NCBI GenBank assembly: GCA_963793865.1
Contig: CAWCBP010000001.1
Coordinates: forward strand, 832,001-896,000
Source: an uncultured delta proteobacterium
Lineage (GTDB): Bacteria > Desulfobacterota > WTBG01
Direction of reading: 5' to 3'
DNA: 64,000 nt
Part shown: positions 61,211-64,000 of the stretch, one piece after another
How positions within the stretch are numbered: the first letter of the stretch is position 1
Layout: every line of letters starts with the position of its first letter
Made by a program: the position numbers and the translations under genes
Notes under the pieces: model-generated
The model's database searches: none
What the model was told of the DNA's origin: nothing
The model's input: the letters and a program-made list of their open reading frames with translations, nothing else

Positions 61211-62347
61211 ATGAACCTGCTCCATATTTTCAGCAACTGGAAATGGACCGGACCCGCCGAACACGCGCTGAACGCGGCGGTGCACCTTATGAACAAGGGA
61301 CATCGCGTCGTTTTTGCCTGTGCCGTTCCGCCGCAGCCGGTTGAAGATTCTCTCTTAAAACGGGCGGAGCAGGCGGGACTGGAAATTGAAAGAGGATTGT
61401 ACCTCAGCAAGCACTTTACCATCCGGCGGAACGTAAGCGACCTGTACCGCCTCCGGTCAGCTCTGCAAAAAAGAAGGTTTCATCTGGTGCACACACACCT
61501 GCCCAATGACCATCTCCTGACTGCCGGGGCGCGCTTGCCGGGTGCATACCGGGTGCCGATTATCCGCACTGTCTACGACGGCCCGGGCCTTCGTCCGACG
61601 CTGCGAAACCGCCTGCTGTTACAGTATTGCACCGATTCGCTCATAACCGTCTCGGAATCGGCGAGACAGGCCATCGGCAATGCCTTCAGGATTCCGGCGG
61701 GCAGGATATGGAATATCTGCCCCGGCGTCGATTGCGATAAATTTAATCCCGGGATTGATGGAAGCGCCGTACGGAAGAAGTACGGCATCAGCGCTGATGA
61801 TCCGGTGGCGGGGATTGTGGCCCGCGTGCAAAAGCACCGGCGTTTTGACGTTTTGATCAGGGCCCTTTCCCGGGCCATTGAACAGATACCCCGTCTCAAG
61901 GTGCTGCTGATAGGGAGGGGCACGCGCATGGAGGAGATTGCCGTAAAGCCGGTACATGAACTCGGGCTTGAGAATAATATTATCATGACCGGGTATCACC
62001 TTGATGATTACCCGGATTTGCTTGCCGCCCTGGACGTAAAGATTTTCCTGGTGCCGGGGAGTGACGGCAGCTGCCGGGCCGTTCGCGAGGCGATGGCCAT
62101 GGGAAAGCCGGTCATTGCGGCCAACCGGGGAATGCTTCCGGAGCTGGTACAGGATGGCGTCAGCGGGTTTGTCGTGGACGACACGCAGGAAAAACTGGCG
62201 CGGGCGATCATCAGGCTGGTCACGGATGTGCCGTTGCGCAGGAAAATGGGAGAGGCGGCACGGCAGCGGATATGCAGCGAGTTCAGCCTCAGCGGACAAA
62301 TGGAAAAAGTGGAGTCTGTCTACCGGCAAACACTGCATTCAGGCTGA
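61211..62347 (+). CDS. GT4 family glycosyltransferase
   Basis: WTGPAE, VHTH, PGVD, REAMAMGKPVIA, ELVQDGVSGF. Confidence 0.88.
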   Translation: MNLLHIFSNWKWTGPAEHALNAAVHLMNKGHRVVFACAVPPQPVEDSLLKRAEQAGLEIERGLYLSKHFTIRRNVSDLYRLRSALQKRRFHLVHTHLPNDHLLTAGARLPGAYRVPIIRTVYDGPGLRPTLRNRLLLQYCTDSLITVSESARQAIGNAFRIPAGRIWNICPGVDCDKFNPGIDGSAVRKKYGISADDPVAGIVARVQKHRRFDVLIRALSRAIEQIPRLKVLLIGRGTRMEEIAVKPVHELGLENNIIMTGYHLDDYPDLLAALDVKIFLVPGSDGSCRAVREAMAMGKPVIAANRGMLPELVQDGVSGFVVDDTQEKLARAIIRLVTDVPLRRKMGEAARQRICSEFSLSGQMEKVESVYRQTLHSG

Positions 62348-62413
62348 CTGAAGACGGTAATGAAACGGGAAGGATTCGGATGATAATCAGGCAGCGGTGA
62401 AAGACGGTGCGAC

Positions 62414-64000
62414 TTATCCCAGGACGGTTGTTTTCTGCAGCACTTCTTCAAGCGTAGTGACTCCTTCTATAACCTTCCTGAGCGCTTCCTGGCGCAGGGT
62501 GAGCATGCCTTTTTCGCCTGCAAGTTCCCGCAAGTTCACCTCGCTGAAGTTGGGGCTGATAATCAGCTTTCGCATGTCGTCATCAATGGGAAGAATTTCG
62601 TAGACAGCGACCCTCCCTTTGAACCCGGTGCCGGAACAGTTGTCACATCCTTTGCCCTGGAATAATTCAACCCCCTCCAGCTGATCGGGATCCATGCCCA
62701 CATCCCTGAGCAGCTGCGGATCCGGCTCCTTTACAGGCGCACTGCATTTTTCGCAGATGCAGCGCAGCAGCCGCTGGGCCACAACAATGGTCAGCGCTGA
62801 GGCAATTAAATAAGGCTTTACCCCTATGTCCATGAGCCTTCCCACGGTTGAAGGACAGTCGTTGGTGTGGACGGTGCTTAATACAAAGTGACCGGTAAGA
62901 GCGGCCTTGATGGCGATTTCAGCCGTTTCCTGATCGCGGATTTCTCCCACCATGATGATGTCCGGGTCCTGACGAAGGAACGCCCGCAGTGCACTGGCAA
63001 AGGTAAGCCCGATTTCCTCCTTGACCTGAAGCTGGTTGATCCCGGTAAAGTTATATTCAATGGGATCTTCGGCGGTCAGAATCTTCTTGTTGATGGTGTT
63101 TAATTTATTGAGCCCGGAGTAGAGGGTGGTGGTTTTGCCGCTTCCGGTCGGTCCCGTTACCAGCGCCATGCCATACGGCTTGCTTATCGCTGATTCAAAT
63201 TTATTGAGACCTTCCTGTGTAAAACCCAGCTGGGTCAGGTCAACCTTCAGGTTTGACTTGTCCAGAAGGCGCATGACCACACCTTCACCAAAAATGGTCG
63301 GAAGGGTGTTGACCCGTATGTCGATGGCACGGTTGCGTCCAAGCCTGAGCTTGATTCTTCCGTCCTGGGGTATGCGCCTTTCCGCGATATCCATATTTGC
63401 CAATATCTTGATTCTGGACGATATGGCTTCCTTGATCGAGGGCGGCAGATTCATTACCCGGTAGAGCTCCCCATCCAGACGATAGCGCACATTGTAAACC
63501 TTTTCAAACGGTTCAATGTGAATGTCACTGGCGCCAATCTTTATGGCCTTGGTGATGATTGACTGGACCAGTTTGACGATGGGTGTGTCGGCCGCCGAAT
63601 ACAATGCTTCAGATGCCTCTTTGTCATCGTCATATTTGATGCCGAATTCGTCAACCGCGTCAGAGAGCAGCTTTCCGTAGTCCTCTATCTCCTCGACCCG
63701 GATATCTTCCTCTTCAAGCTCAATGGTATTTAAATGAAAACTTTTAAATTCCCTATCGTCGATATGGTAATATTTTTTAAAGCATTCGATGATATTCTGC
63801 TCGGTGGTAAGGGTGGGCTTGATTGAGAGGTTGGTCTTGAATTGAATGTCTTCGATAGCCAGGCTGTCGGTGGGATCAGCCATGGCAATGATGAGGGTGT
63901 TGTCTCTGAAGTCAACCGGAACAACGAAGTGTTTTTTTGCAAGTTCGTAGGGAACCTGCTTGATCACCTTTTCAGGGATTACATGATTTTCAATGTCAAT
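62414..64000 (-). CDS. pilB: Type IV pilus assembly ATPase (5' part beyond window)
   Basis: ASDIHIEP, PQDGR, GPTGSGKTT, LRQDPDIIMVGEIRD, CEKC..CDNC zinc motif. Confidence 0.92.
   Translation of the reverse strand: MDIENHVIPEKVIKQVPYELAKKHFVVPVDFRDNTLIIAMADPTDSLAIEDIQFKTNLSIKPTLTTEQNIIECFKKYYHIDDREFKSFHLNTIELEEEDIRVEEIEDYGKLLSDAVDEFGIKYDDDKEASEALYSAADTPIVKLVQSIITKAIKIGASDIHIEPFEKVYNVRYRLDGELYRVMNLPPSIKEAISSRIKILANMDIAERRIPQDGRIKLRLGRNRAIDIRVNTLPTIFGEGVVMRLLDKSNLKVDLTQLGFTQEGLNKFESAISKPYGMALVTGPTGSGKTTTLYSGLNKLNTINKKILTAEDPIEYNFTGINQLQVKEEIGLTFASALRAFLRQDPDIIMVGEIRDQETAEIAIKAALTGHFVLSTVHTNDCPSTVGRLMDIGVKPYLIASALTIVVAQRLLRCICEKCSAPVKEPDPQLLRDVGMDPDQLEGVELFQGKGCDNCSGTGFKGRVAVYEILPIDDDMRKLIISPNFSEVNLRELAGEKGMLTLRQEALRKVIEGVTTLEEVLQKTTVLG

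Overview
This is a GC-rich bacterial chromosome segment. Its gene content and order suggest an anaerobic deltaproteobacterium (Desulfobacterota-like); that placement is inference. Most of the window is housekeeping: proA-nadD-rsfS-comF-ispB-surE-LOG-nlpD-degP-pcm-ligA; a long minus-strand run (trxB, EF-G2, mog, ppx, guaB, guaA, dnaE, UPF0280, YfcE, HIT, rsmA, Mut7-C); radA, psd, purM, recG, cobO, prfB (programmed +1 frameshift), lnt, an acyl-CoA ligase, purB; an LPS core cluster; and a partial pilB. Two accessory patches stand out. (1) About 29.9-34.75 kb, between purM and recG: a DUF4160/DUF2442 toxin-antitoxin-like pair and a single-chain restriction-modification-specificity enzyme, followed by a degenerate integron attC site and a truncated cassette-like ORF, with no integrase in the window. 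(2) About 39.2-41.6 kb: a REP-flanked ferredoxin-dependent bilin reductase (PcyA/PebA/RCCR-fold)-like gene next to a bacterioferritin-like gene and an SDR, with no heme oxygenase or photosynthesis genes in view. This is the best candidate for an undescribed system. Also notable are an excisionase-type HTH fused to an HD-GYP domain, a tandem double LPS kinase and several REP/MITE families. Seven single-base insertions break five conserved genes and most likely are sequencing errors. No rRNA, tRNA or CRISPR array was seen. All family assignments are from motif recognition by eye; no searches were run.
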